A stretch of 40,625 nt of DNA from Octopus sinensis (lineage: Eukaryota). The stretch lies in contig NW_021835358.1 in the NCBI RefSeq assembly GCF_006345805.1, positions 1 to 40,625 on the forward strand, in the 5' to 3' direction. Both the position numbers and the translations under genes were made by a program. Each line of letters begins with the position of its first letter. Position 1 is the first letter of the stretch. Positions 12,270 to 22,226 of this stretch are shown piece after piece. The notes under the pieces were generated by a model. It was not told the DNA's origin. It did not search any database and worked only from the letters and a program-made list of their open reading frames with translations.

Positions 12270-12367
12270 TTGAAAAATCAGAGTGGCTATGAACCGGGAG
12301 ACAAGACTAAACGAAAAAATTGAAAAATCAGAGTGGCTATGAACCGGGAGACAAGACTAAACGAAAA
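12270..12367. repeat. Tandem duplication, 50-bp period
   Basis: TTGAAAAATCAGAGTGGCTATGAACCGGGAGACAAGACTAAACGAAAA at 12270-12317 and 12320-12367. Confidence 0.95.
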
Positions 12368-12678
12368 GAAAATGTTTGAGCTAGACAGGGTAATGAGGGA
12401 ATACTGAAAGAATGAGGAACAATACAATGAGATGGAAATTGAAGAATAGTGAAAGAATAAAGATAAGTGCAAGATAGAAGGTAGTCATAGCGAGGTTGAA
12501 CGATTCACTTAGCTTTAGCCATTCATGATCTGTGCGTATTTCTTCTTTAGATATTTTGAAGCGAGTGGGGTTAATGATAATGCGATCGCTCTTTTATATA
12601 TGGCGATGATGGTTATGGAAGGGGGGGCATAGAGAAACATAGGGAGAGAGATATGGCGATGATGGTTATGGGAAGGGG

Positions 12679-12718
<40 letters not shown>

Positions 12719-12860
12719 TACACCATATAAACTATTCTGCCTAAATAATGGATCTATAAATGCAATATCCCTGCATATCTCACATCTATTTTCATTCCTC
12801 CACTTCATTCTCTATTTCATATTTTATCTAAATTACCTATTGCTTAACCATTTTCTCACA

Positions 12861-12910
12861 ACATCTCCGATGAAGAAATATAGTAAGTATCCCGGAAACA
12901 GCTGTAAGCC
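12861..12910 (+). ncRNA. Degenerate hammerhead-like motif in a PLE-type 3' end
   Basis: CCGAUGA (12867-12873)...GAAAC-AGCU-GUA with a perfectly palindromic helix III (ACAGCTGT). Stems I and II are eroded. Confidence 0.5.
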
Positions 12911-12987
12911 CTTCTATTTATAAATGTTCCAAAATCTTCACAGCCTTCGTTTTTTTATCTCATTCTGAAAAAAAAATTATATATATA

Positions 12988-13760
12988 TCATCATCATCAT
13001 CGTTTAACATCTGTTTTCCATGCTAGCATGGGTTGGACGGTTCGACCGGGGTCTGGGAAGCCAAGAGGCTGCACCAGGCTCCAGTCTGATCTAGCAGTGT
13101 TTCTACAGCTCGATGCCCTTCCTAATGCCAACCACTCCGTGAGTGTAGTGGGTGCTTTGTACATGCCACCAGCACAGGTGCCAGGGGAGGCTGGCAGTGG
13201 CCACGATCAGTTGGTGCTTTTTACGTGCCACCAGCACAGAAGCCAGTCAAGGCGGCACTGGCATCGGCCATGTTCGGATGGTGCTTTTTATGTCACTGGC
13301 ACAGGTATCACAACTACAATTGCCATTTGATATTTATTTTGATGTTGATGTACTTGACTATTGAGTCAAGTCTCCTCAAGCACAGCAAGTCACCCTACTA
13401 TCCAAGATAAGCACAGCAGGTCGTTCTGCAATCCAAGGTACTTTGGATGGGTTGGGGCGATGGGAAACTGGTGCAGGAAACAGGCATGAACTCACATTAT
13501 TTGTCAGGTCTTTGCATTCACAGCATATCTCCAGAGGTCTCATGCTTGACCACCTCATTCCATGTCTTCCTGTGTCTACCTCTCCCCTGGATACCTTCAA
13601 CTGTTTGGGAGTGGCACTTTTTCACACATCTCTCCTCATCCATCCGTAGTACATGACCATACCAGCGCAAATGTCTCTCTTGCACACCACATCCGACGCT
13701 TCTTATGTCCAGCATTTCTCTCAGGGCGCTTACACTCTGTTGTGTGTGCACACTGATATA
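12988..13760 (-). mobile_element. RTE LINE 3' fragment
   Basis: GVQERHLRWYGHVLRMDEERCVKKC...GRGRHRKTW, followed by the RTE 3'UTR and a (GAT)n tail. Confidence 0.9.
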
Positions 13761-13844
13761 CACAAGAGTTATGGAATGGAGTAGATAAGATCCAGGCTAT
13801 ATATGTTTCATAGCAAGTGAAACCTCAGAAGTTTATATATATAT

Positions 13845-14830
13845 AAACTCTCGAGTGGTCCATAGTCACCTACGCCAAACCATACAGCTGCTATAATAAG
13901 TGTGATCTCTGCATAGCTGAGGTCTTGGCTATTTTGCAATCCATGGATTGTCTTAATGAATGCAGCAGTATAATTTTTAGCTGCAAACATCGGTCATTAA
14001 GTCTATTCTCAAAATACGAATTACAACAACCCCCACCCCATTTTTTCCCTTTAACCTTCATGAATTGTCCCTCTTATCTACTCTCACTACTACTATATCT
14101 TCCCTTTAATTCCTTATTATAATTTAGATACTTTTCTCTGTATTTTTCCTTACCATTTAAAGAAATTTCTTTTCTTATTTCACCTACCTCTCACCTCCTT
14201 TTGTAAACTTACAAGTACATACACCCACATACACCTCTACTACTTCATACTGTAAATACGCTTGCTGCACACCATATACATTCCTCAATTGAAAACCTGT
14301 AGTAACTGTCATGATTCTTCCCCATTCTTTCTTGCTCTCTTCATGCATACATATTTTCCTCTCCCCCTTGGTCAAAAACATTTCCCCACCTTCTTCCCTC
14401 CACATTATTTTCTTCTAATACCACTCCTCTTGCTAATTTCAGTGATTTAGCCAAAACAACCCTGTTGAATACTATCGGTCCAATGACCTTGCTTAAATTC
14501 CTCATTCCTCTCACTCCTTTATATTTTCTTGTTTTTTTCCTTCTTTTATTCCTTACGTTTCTCCTTACATTTATATACTTCTCTCCTACTGTCCTTTCTA
14601 CACATTCTGATTGAACCTTCCATGCGTTAACATGTATCTCCTTGTGACAATGTAAACTTTCATTTAACCAAGATATCCTTGGCCTGAAGAGTAGCCTTTG
14701 ATATACACCTTGCTTGGATATTTACCACTTCTGAGATTCCACTTGCTATGAAACATATGTAGCCCAGATCTTATCTACTCCATTCCGTAACTCTTGTATT
14801 CTTATTTGCACACCCAGCAACCCTGATTGC
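13845..14830 (+). mobile_element. Penelope-like 3' fragment (GIY-YIG C-terminus plus 3'UTR with HHR)
   Basis: LEWSIVTYAKPYSCYNKCDLCIAE...LNECS...SCKHR (13848-14000) is homologous to the C-termini of both PLE arms. Pyrimidine-rich UTR, then an HHR at 14678-14767. Confidence 0.75.
14678..14767 (+). ncRNA. Type I hammerhead ribozyme motif
   Basis: CUUGGC/GCCCAG stem I (one mismatch); CUGAAGA 14684-14690; GUAGC/GCUAU stem II; GAAAC-AUAU-GUA with a palindromic helix III (ACATATGT). Confidence 0.72.
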
Positions 14831-14964
14831 CTACTGTGAAATATAAACAACTTTTTTCAGTTTATTGTACTTGTACATGAAAAAAATCCCAACCTTCCAT
14901 TTCTATAAATCACTATTGTCCCTAAAAGTTGTTTTTTTATATTTACTATAGATTGCTTGAAATT

Positions 14965-14994
14965 AACTTTCTTCCTACACATTGATCCATAGAT

Positions 14995-15034
<40 letters not shown>

Positions 15035-15064
15035 ATCTAGGGATCAATATGTAGGAAGAAAGTT
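14965..15064. repeat. 100-bp near-perfect palindrome centred on (TA)n
   Basis: 34-bp arms at 14965-14998 and 15031-15064 with 2 mismatches. Confidence 0.92.
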
Positions 15065-15140
15065 AGTATGTGTGTGTATTAAATATAGACATTTGAAGAT
15101 AGAAACTGAGAGAAGCCCACCCTAAATATCTATATATATA

Positions 15141-15203
15141 CCGTCCAACCCATGCTAGCATGGAGAACGGACGTTAAACGATGATGATGATGATGATGAT
15201 GAT
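15141..15203 (+). mobile_element. Minimal RTE 3' tail insertion
   Basis: CCGTCCAACCCATGCTAGCATGGAGAACGGACGTTAAAC followed by (GAT)n. Confidence 0.85.
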
Positions 15204-15227
15204 ATATATATATATATATATATATTT

Positions 15228-15383
15228 AGGGTGGGCTTCTCTCAGTTTCTCTCTACTAAATCCACTCACAAGACTTTGGTCAGCTTGAGGCTATAGCAGA
15301 AGAGACCTGCCCAAAGTGCCATGCAGTGGGACTGAACCTGGAACCAAGTGGTTGGGAAGCAAACTTCCTACCACACAGCCATG
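15228..15383 (-). mobile_element. tRNA-derived SINE
   Basis: Minus strand: A-box-like TGGCTGTGTGG and B-box-like GGTTCAGTCCC, then the conserved body ...GTGAGTGGATTTAGTAGAGAGAAACTGAGAGAAGCCC. Confidence 0.8.
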
Positions 15384-15457
15384 ACTTGTTTACTAGTATC
15401 ATGCAAGGTCAAAGCAAGGAGACAGTAACCCTCTCTCACACACACACACAACACAAC

Positions 15458-15493
<36 letters not shown>

Positions 15494-15515
15494 TATTATT
15501 CCTACATACATATTT

Positions 15516-15662
15516 AGGATGGGCTTCTCTCAGTTTCTGTCTACAAAATCCACTCACAAGACTTTGATCAGCCCAGGGCTATAGTAGAAGACACTTGTCC
15601 AAGGTGTCACACACTGTAACTGCACCTGAAATTATGTGAAAGGAAACTTCTTACCACAATGC
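15516..15662 (-). mobile_element. tRNA-derived SINE, diverged copy
   Basis: Colinear with 15228-15383. Confidence 0.7.
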
Positions 15663-16319
15663 CTCTATACATACACATGCATGTGCTGTTCTGCATTTGT
15701 ATATATATTATGAATATGCACATCTTTATTTCAATCTAATGCAGCTTCAAGTGTCTATATTTAATACACACACATACATATTGATGTGTTCTAACATCCA
15801 GTACACTCCCTAATTGCTTATAATGGATGTTTAATGCGTTTATATCATCATCATCATCATCATTACTGCTCCCAAAAACATTACCAGATTTCATCATTAT
15901 CATCATTAAGAATTCTGATATTTGATACTACTACTATTAGCATCACCACCACCACCAAAATTATCTATCTAGACCACCATCATCAGCAGAGTTTCCTTCA
16001 ACAATAGTTACAATAAACTCCTTTTCGCTAGAAGGGAAGTCAGTTTCTGTTCATTTTATATTTCTCATCTCTGTGTAAACTGTTACTGTGAAATGGGATA
16101 GCTTAATGATTTCTAGTGTAAATTACGCGCGTGTGTGTGTGTGCGTGCATGCGCCATAGTCTTGCCTGTGACGAGCAAAGTATTAGAAGCAAGAGAGAAA
16201 AGCCAGAAGTGAAAAAGTACATCTAAAACACACAGCATTACTGCCTCTTTTGAAAACAAGGATCCATAGGACTACTTTTTAATACTATTTTACTTAGTAT
16301 TAAATAGATGGAGTTCTGT

Positions 16320-16405
16320 TGTTGGTGTTGTTTAACCCTGGTTCTGCTCTGATTCAGAAGACATAGGATCAAAGGCATTCCAGCTGTGACCATCCTGTCT
16401 TCCCC
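16320..16405 (+). repeat. Unclassified interspersed repeat fragment (second copy on minus strand at ~28095-28180)
   Basis: GTTGTTTAACCCTGG...GATCAAAGGCATTCCAGCTGTGACCATCC is similar to the reverse complement of 28095-28180. Confidence 0.45.
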
Positions 16406-16632
16406 TTCTCCCATGACAGCTTATATTTATTTACAGCTACACTCTTCACTATGCCTCTTTTTAAGATGTTAATGTGATCTGAGGGAAATTTTGCTACTGT
16501 TTCTACTGTGTAGAGAGGTGCTCTCATTGATTCAACTGGATGAAAAGTTGAACCCTTTTCTGAGTTAAAACACTGATGAGTTGCAGGAACACAACAATAG
16601 ATTCCAATGCTCCACCTACTCAACACTAAATC

Positions 16633-16666
<34 letters not shown>

Positions 16667-16801
16667 ACACACACACTCACACTTAAATATGCATTAAGAA
16701 TGTCAACAGATTATTATCCCAGTTACTTATATGGTTGTCAAGACAGTAGCTAAAATTTCAAACTTCTATCATCATCATCATCATTGTCATCTTCATTTTA
16801 A

Positions 16802-17019
16802 CCCTTTTGCTACCAACTTCACTGAGATTGTCCCTTGTTCTATAAAGCAAATTTCCTGTCTTAAAATGATCTAAATTAAAAACTTCCATCAAAATTTCAT
16901 ATTAATTTATGTTCCAAACACAAATTTAGTAATGATAATTATTTTACTAAATATTTTATTTTTTACAATTAATTGAGACAAAGGCTGCATATTTCATCAA
17001 AATATGGTATCTAAAAGGG
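16802..17019. mobile_element. piggyBac-like MITE
   Basis: TTAA at 16798-16801 and 17020-17023. TIRs CCCTTTTGCTACCA and TGGTATCTAAAAGGG. Confidence 0.75.
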
Positions 17020-17949
17020 TTAATATCAGGATGCCTCTGTTGATCAGATTGCTAAAGTCGGTAATACAATAACTTACCAATCATTTTCATGCTGTGTTTG
17101 TCTAATTTATATTATAGTTGTTTAATTCTCTTATATGTAACATAAGCTTTCATCTGCTGATGCTCACAAATCTACCTATCTGGCTGCTGTATCCCATCTA
17201 TAATTGTTTCTGTTACTACTGGAACATTCTCCACTTCTCAGAACTTACTCGTTATGGTATTATCATTACAGTCAAAAAGTGTTGATGCTTTAAGATATCT
17301 ACAGACTTTTACACCCCACTCTACACCCATCTCCTCTGTATTGGTTTACCAGCTAACTTCTGACTATTTATGATTGCAGTGAACTGAAAGATGGCTTATC
17401 AAGCTATGAACCTAACTCATTCTCTTTTTTAGCCAATCAATATTAAGTATTTATCTAAGGGTAGGTAGTAAATTTTAAAAAATAAAGTGCTGGATTTAGA
17501 GGCCTTACAATATAATATTTAGTATTCTCTGTCTACACATATATATATATATATGTTAGCGAAGCATATTCTTGGTTTAAATGTTACTGCAGTTGACTTT
17601 TCTTTCATTTATTAGGGTTTAATAAAATAAATACCTGTAATATACTGGTGGGCTGGATTCAATTAATTGTAACCCACTACAAAATTTGGATATGTACTTA
17701 ATCAAAAGAAATCAGCATTTTATTTCGAGTAGTTATTTTTATTTTTCCCAAACAATGTTTGCTGTGCTATCTATGCCTTTCTTGTATAAGCACATCAGTT
17801 TTCTCCAGCATGCCTTTCAATGTGTTATCATGTTTCTCTGGCAATTTCCACAATATCATGCCAGTAGCTTCCCTGGTTGCACTACACTATTTTTCTCCCT
17901 TGTGGTCAAACACTTATCTTCCTCGCCATACCAGATCAGGACTAATATG

Positions 17950-18150
17950 GCATGGTGACAGTATCCTGTATTATGGTACTGCATCAGTATTCCCTATTAT
18001 GACACCAGGAAAATGTCCTTTATTCCTTATTATAGCATGAGGACAGTGTCTTTTATTATGTACTACAGCTAAGTTCCTAACCATGTCACCAGGACAGTGT
18101 CCTGTATTATAGTACTACACTAATATTCCCAACTATGACACCATACTATT
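17950..18150. repeat. Degenerate ~59-bp minisatellite, about 3 units
   Basis: Recurrent GACAGTGTCCTGTATTATAGTACTACA...TTCC...ATGACACCA. Confidence 0.65.
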
Positions 18151-18304
18151 GTTCTCTTAGTATCCTATTATAACTGATTTTAAAACAGACGTTTCAATGT
18201 ATTTCTTATGATACTCGCCCCTTAAACATATTTTCATTTAAATATCTGTGCTATGCTTAAAGTTGGGAGAAGCTTCATGAAATAATTTTGATGCAGTGGT
18301 AGTA

Positions 18305-18307
18305 TCA

Positions 18308-18402
<95 letters not shown>
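18305..18402. repeat. (TATC)n followed by (TTTC)n microsatellite
   Basis: Direct reading. Confidence 0.95.
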
Positions 18403-18404
<2 letters not shown>

Positions 18405-18417
18405 ATACTAAAACTCA

Positions 18418-19556
18418 AAGTTTGTCTGTTTTCTCACCATTTGATTAAAATGATAAAGGTTACAAATAAGATAGTCATTTCCCCCTTTAAAAGAAGAAAA
18501 TCGGATCTTTTCCTTTTGAACGGCAGTTTGTAACATAATTTCTAGGTAACTAAAAAGTTTTAAACTTCGTATACTGGTAGAATGTGTTTATAAAACATCA
18601 TTTTCTCTTGGCTTTATTGAGAAAATTCTATAGGTTGTAACATATTTCGTCTTTAATTTCTTGCATTTCGGCAATTTTAACCAATCAATTACCTCCATTG
18701 ATGTAAATAACATTCTGTGCATAATGAATATGTCCCTCGTTTAAGAAACAGATTGGGTTTATTTACATTTGTGAAGAAAAAAAGATACCCTTCCCCCACC
18801 CCTAACCCTAGCTCACCCTAACTATAACCCTAAATCTAAAATAGATTGAAATGCAATAGATCGATACTAGGGTTATAATTATGGGTGACAATTTCATATG
18901 ACACTGCTAAGTTTTTTATAGTGGTGTCGTATGAAATTGTCACCCATAATTATAACCCTAGTACCAATCTATTGCATTTCAATCTATTTTAGATTTAGGG
19001 TTAGAGTTAGGGTTAGGGGTGGGGGAAGGGTATCTTTTTTCTTCACAAATGTAAATAAACCCAATCTGTTTCTTAAACGAAGGACATATTCATTATGCAC
19101 AGAATGTTATTTACATCAATGGAGGTAATTGATTGGTTAAAATTGCCGAAATGCAAGAAATTAAAGATGAAATATGTTACAACCTATAGAATTTTCTCAA
19201 TAAAGCCAAGAGAAAATGATGTTTTATAAACACATTCTACCAGTATACAAAGTTTAAAATTTTTTACCTAGAAATTATGATACAAACTGCCGTTCAAAAG
19301 GAAAAGATCCAGAAAATCAAGTTGAAAATGTCAACACTTCAAAGAGTTGTCGCAGCTACCACTATCCGTCCTTTTTTCTTACTTTCTTTTTTCTTTCCTT
19401 AATCATTTATACACTTTTTGGAGTGCTATAGAATTGAAAGGTAGAAATTGAATCATGGGTACTTGATTTTTTTTTTAAAGGGGAAAATTAGTATTTTATT
19501 TAAAATGAAATATTAATCTTTATCATCTTACTTAAAAGGCAGAAAAACAGACAGAG
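18418..19556. mobile_element. Older inverted-repeat element interrupted by the 18503-19310 insertion
   Basis: 18418-18502 plus 19311-19320 resembles the reverse complement of 19450-19556 (TGTCTGTTTT..., ATGATAAAG.TTA, TTTCCCCTTTAAAA...AAAATCAAGT). Confidence 0.5.
18503..19310. mobile_element. Foldback/MITE DNA transposon with ~400-bp TIRs and an 8-bp TSD
   Basis: Arms 18503-18904 and 18924-19310 are inverted, with a 19-bp spacer. TIR GGATCTTTTCCTTTTGAACGGCAG. TSD AGAAAATC at 18495-18502 and 19311-19318. Confidence 0.92.
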
Positions 19557-19599
19557 AGACTATCTCTTTATAGATGAAGATCAGTTGCAGTGGGAGGAG

Positions 19600-19775
19600 T
19601 TGAATCTTATAAGACTGGAAAAACAAACAACATCAAATGGGTTGTACCTTATAATGAAACTCTTTTAAGATCATTCAAATGCCACTGCAACATTGAAATT
19701 GTTGCCTCAGTGAGGTCAGTTAAGTATGTCATCAGGTACACACTGAAAGGAAATGACCAGCTGCTGTTCAAATAA
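19600..19775 (+). pseudogene. Helitron Rep (HUH) domain fragment
   Basis: WVVPYNETLLRSFKCHCNIEIVASVRSVKYVIRYTLKGND matches the Helitron Rep VVPYN...HINVE...KY..KY..KG pattern. Confidence 0.8.
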
Positions 19776-19816
19776 ACAGTGATAATGAAATTAGGCAATA
19801 CCTAATGAATTGGTAT

Positions 19817-20850
19817 TGTTACGAAACCTGCCGTCGCTCAAACTCGAACCCAGGACCCTACTAAGTCGAGCGATGACGATTGACCAGCTCAGTCGAACGG
19901 GAATCCACCACAGAGAGAGAAAACGGTGTTGGGGGATGGCAGCGAACTCGAACCGGCGACCGGAGATAACAACAACAACAGGAGGAAGAGATAGAGAGAC
20001 GGCGGAAGGCAATTTGCTTACATTTAAGAACAGTTTATACGACTATTACAACATCAAATACAATGTGAAACATAGCAGATATATTAAAGAAAATAACATG
20101 CAACAGAATTAAAAAGAAAAAAACAACAATGCATTTAAACATAACACGTCGTTCGAAAACAATCAAAGGCATGCACGATACAGAACGTCCGAAGCAATCA
20201 AAACAAATGTTCAGTACAATACAGTTCGAATCAATGTTCTACATTAAAGTCTTTCTCTTTCTTTCTTTTTCACTTTAACACAGTTCTTTCTTTTTTTAAC
20301 AATTCTTTTCTTCCTCTTCAACAACTCTTTTCACAATGTTCTTTTTTTTTGCAACACAGTTCACAATTTACATAAACAAACATACCGTTACGAACTCCTA
20401 CTACAATAGCCGTGCCTTTCCGCCGTTTTCTCTCTCTTTCGCTCTACATGTCCCCAATGCTATCTGCCTGTCTTTCTCTACTTCTTGCTTGTCATCTCTC
20501 ACATTCACTGTCTGTCTTTCTCATCGTTGTCGTTGCCTCTTGCCATCGCCACCTTCTTGGCTGCTGTCTTTTGCCAACTGACTGTCTCTTCCGGCCCTTT
20601 TGCTGTCTCAGGCAGAACTGCCCAACAAACCCCAGCGCGTAGCATTTTAAAGGGTGGTTTCTTAAACTTTCCCTGACCGGAAAAGGGTCAGAGGTCTCTT
20701 CCAAACCCATTAATCTCCCCAGAAAATAACAGAACAAAGCGCAATAATTTTTTTTCCAGACTCTCCGACTACAAACCAACGAAAACTGGGTCATAGAACT
20801 GCGCATCGACATCTTCAACTTGGAGTGGTTCTGACCCAATGGGTCATGGC
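19817..20850. mobile_element. Unclassified CpG-rich repeat, solo-LTR-like, diverged relative of 1188-2058
   Basis: Starts TGTTACG and shares ordered motifs with 1188-2058. Non-coding. The right boundary is uncertain. Confidence 0.4.
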
Positions 20851-21294
20851 GGATACATCTAGTATCTTTTTTAAACTGTTCTTGTTATAGAACATTCTTG
20901 TAAGTAAATTTTTTATTGATAACAGTGAAAAGAGTTACTCAGTGAAATTGTATATTTAGTTTACTTCATTTTGCTGTGAAGAATATTTCTTTAAATCCTA
21001 TTTTAGATAATATTTTGACTGATATTTATTACTGCTAACTGCAATCAGGATCTCTGAGAGGTGCTAAAATAAATTATTCTATATATCTGAAAAGGTTACA
21101 GTTTTGAGTGAGTGTTGGTAGCAGATTCATAACTACTATCATTGGAAAATAGACTCATGTGTCAAAGAACGCTTGTGAAACACCAACATGTTATTCTATT
21201 TGAAGAAATTGGTCACTCATAATGTAAAAGTAGTGTTGTATGTCTTTTGTCTTGAAATCGAAAGAAAATTTTGATGCCAACATTTAAAATGATT

Positions 21295-21311
21295 TCTTAA
21301 TTTTTTTTTAG
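21295..21311 (+). promoter_or_regulatory. Putative splice acceptor for the zinc-finger exon
   Basis: Poly-T tract ending in TAG (21309-21311), 132 nt upstream of the ATG. A candidate upstream UTR exon at 21049-21107 has CTAAC...CAG and a GTGAGT donor. Confidence 0.5.
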
Positions 21312-21443
21312 ATTTTGAAATTGGAGATTTCACAGTTCATACAGACACTTACCGATGACTTGCATACAGTGTTTTTGAAATTACTGACACTTCTACATTG
21401 AAGAAACTTTTTATAAAAAAAAACACTTTCTTTTGGAAGCAGG

Positions 21444-22226
21444 ATGCAACAAGATCCAGTTCTAAGACCATTTCATTGTGAAATTTGTGGTAAAAATTTC
21501 ACATTGAAAAGGGATTTAAGAATGCATTTAAAAACCCATGTTGTAAAGAAAGCTTTTAGCTGTGAGCTTTGTGGGAAACGTTTTGCTTTAAATTCTTATC
21601 TGAGGAAACATATAAGAACCCATGCTGGGGAGAAACCTTTCCAGTGTGAGTTATGTAGGAAAGAATTCTCCCGAAACTCTTTATTAAGCCGACACATACG
21701 GACACATACTGGAGAAAGACCATTTCACTGTGATATTTGTGGTAAAGATTTTGTTGATAATTCAACTTTAAAGAGGCACATAAGGATTCATACTGGTGAG
21801 AAACCTTTCCATTGTGAAATATGTGAAAGAGAATTTGCCCGGAATTCTCATCTTAGAGAACATATTAAAACACACACAGGAGAAAAACCATATCATTGTG
21901 AAATATGCGGCAAAGACTTTTCTCAGAATTCCTATCTGAAGGAACACATCAAAATCCATACTGGTGAGAAACCTTTCCAGTGTGAAATTTGTGGAAAGGA
22001 TTTTTCTCGGAATTCCCATTTAAAAGAACACATCAAAATACATACTGGAGAAAAGCCTTTTCACTGTGAAATCTGTGGGAAAGATTTTTCTCAAAATTCC
22101 CATCTAAAAGAACATATAAAAACTCATCTGAATGATAAACCATATCACTGTGAAATGTGTGGGAATTCCCTGTTATGTTATTATATGAGAACACATATAG
22201 AAAGAAGTTCAATGATAAAAATCTAA
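21444..22226 (+). CDS. Tandem C2H2 (Kruppel-type) zinc-finger protein, 260 aa, 8 full fingers plus 1 degenerate
   Basis: Repeated CxxC-x12-HxxxH with TGEKP[FY] linkers; open frame with no stops. No recognisable effector domain in this exon. Confidence 0.93.
   Translation: MQQDPVLRPFHCEICGKNFTLKRDLRMHLKTHVVKKAFSCELCGKRFALNSYLRKHIRTHAGEKPFQCELCRKEFSRNSLLSRHIRTHTGERPFHCDICGKDFVDNSTLKRHIRIHTGEKPFHCEICEREFARNSHLREHIKTHTGEKPYHCEICGKDFSQNSYLKEHIKIHTGEKPFQCEICGKDFSRNSHLKEHIKIHTGEKPFHCEICGKDFSQNSHLKEHIKTHLNDKPYHCEMCGNSLLCYYMRTHIERSSMIKI

Noticed and set aside
15300-15383. A-box/B-box sequence as a tRNA gene
   Set aside because: No convincing cloverleaf; it continues into a repeated SINE body.
18790-19025. 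TTAGGG/CCCTAA-like repeats as an interstitial telomere or fusion site
   Set aside because: They are short, degenerate and symmetrically embedded in the TIRs of a TSD-flanked transposon.
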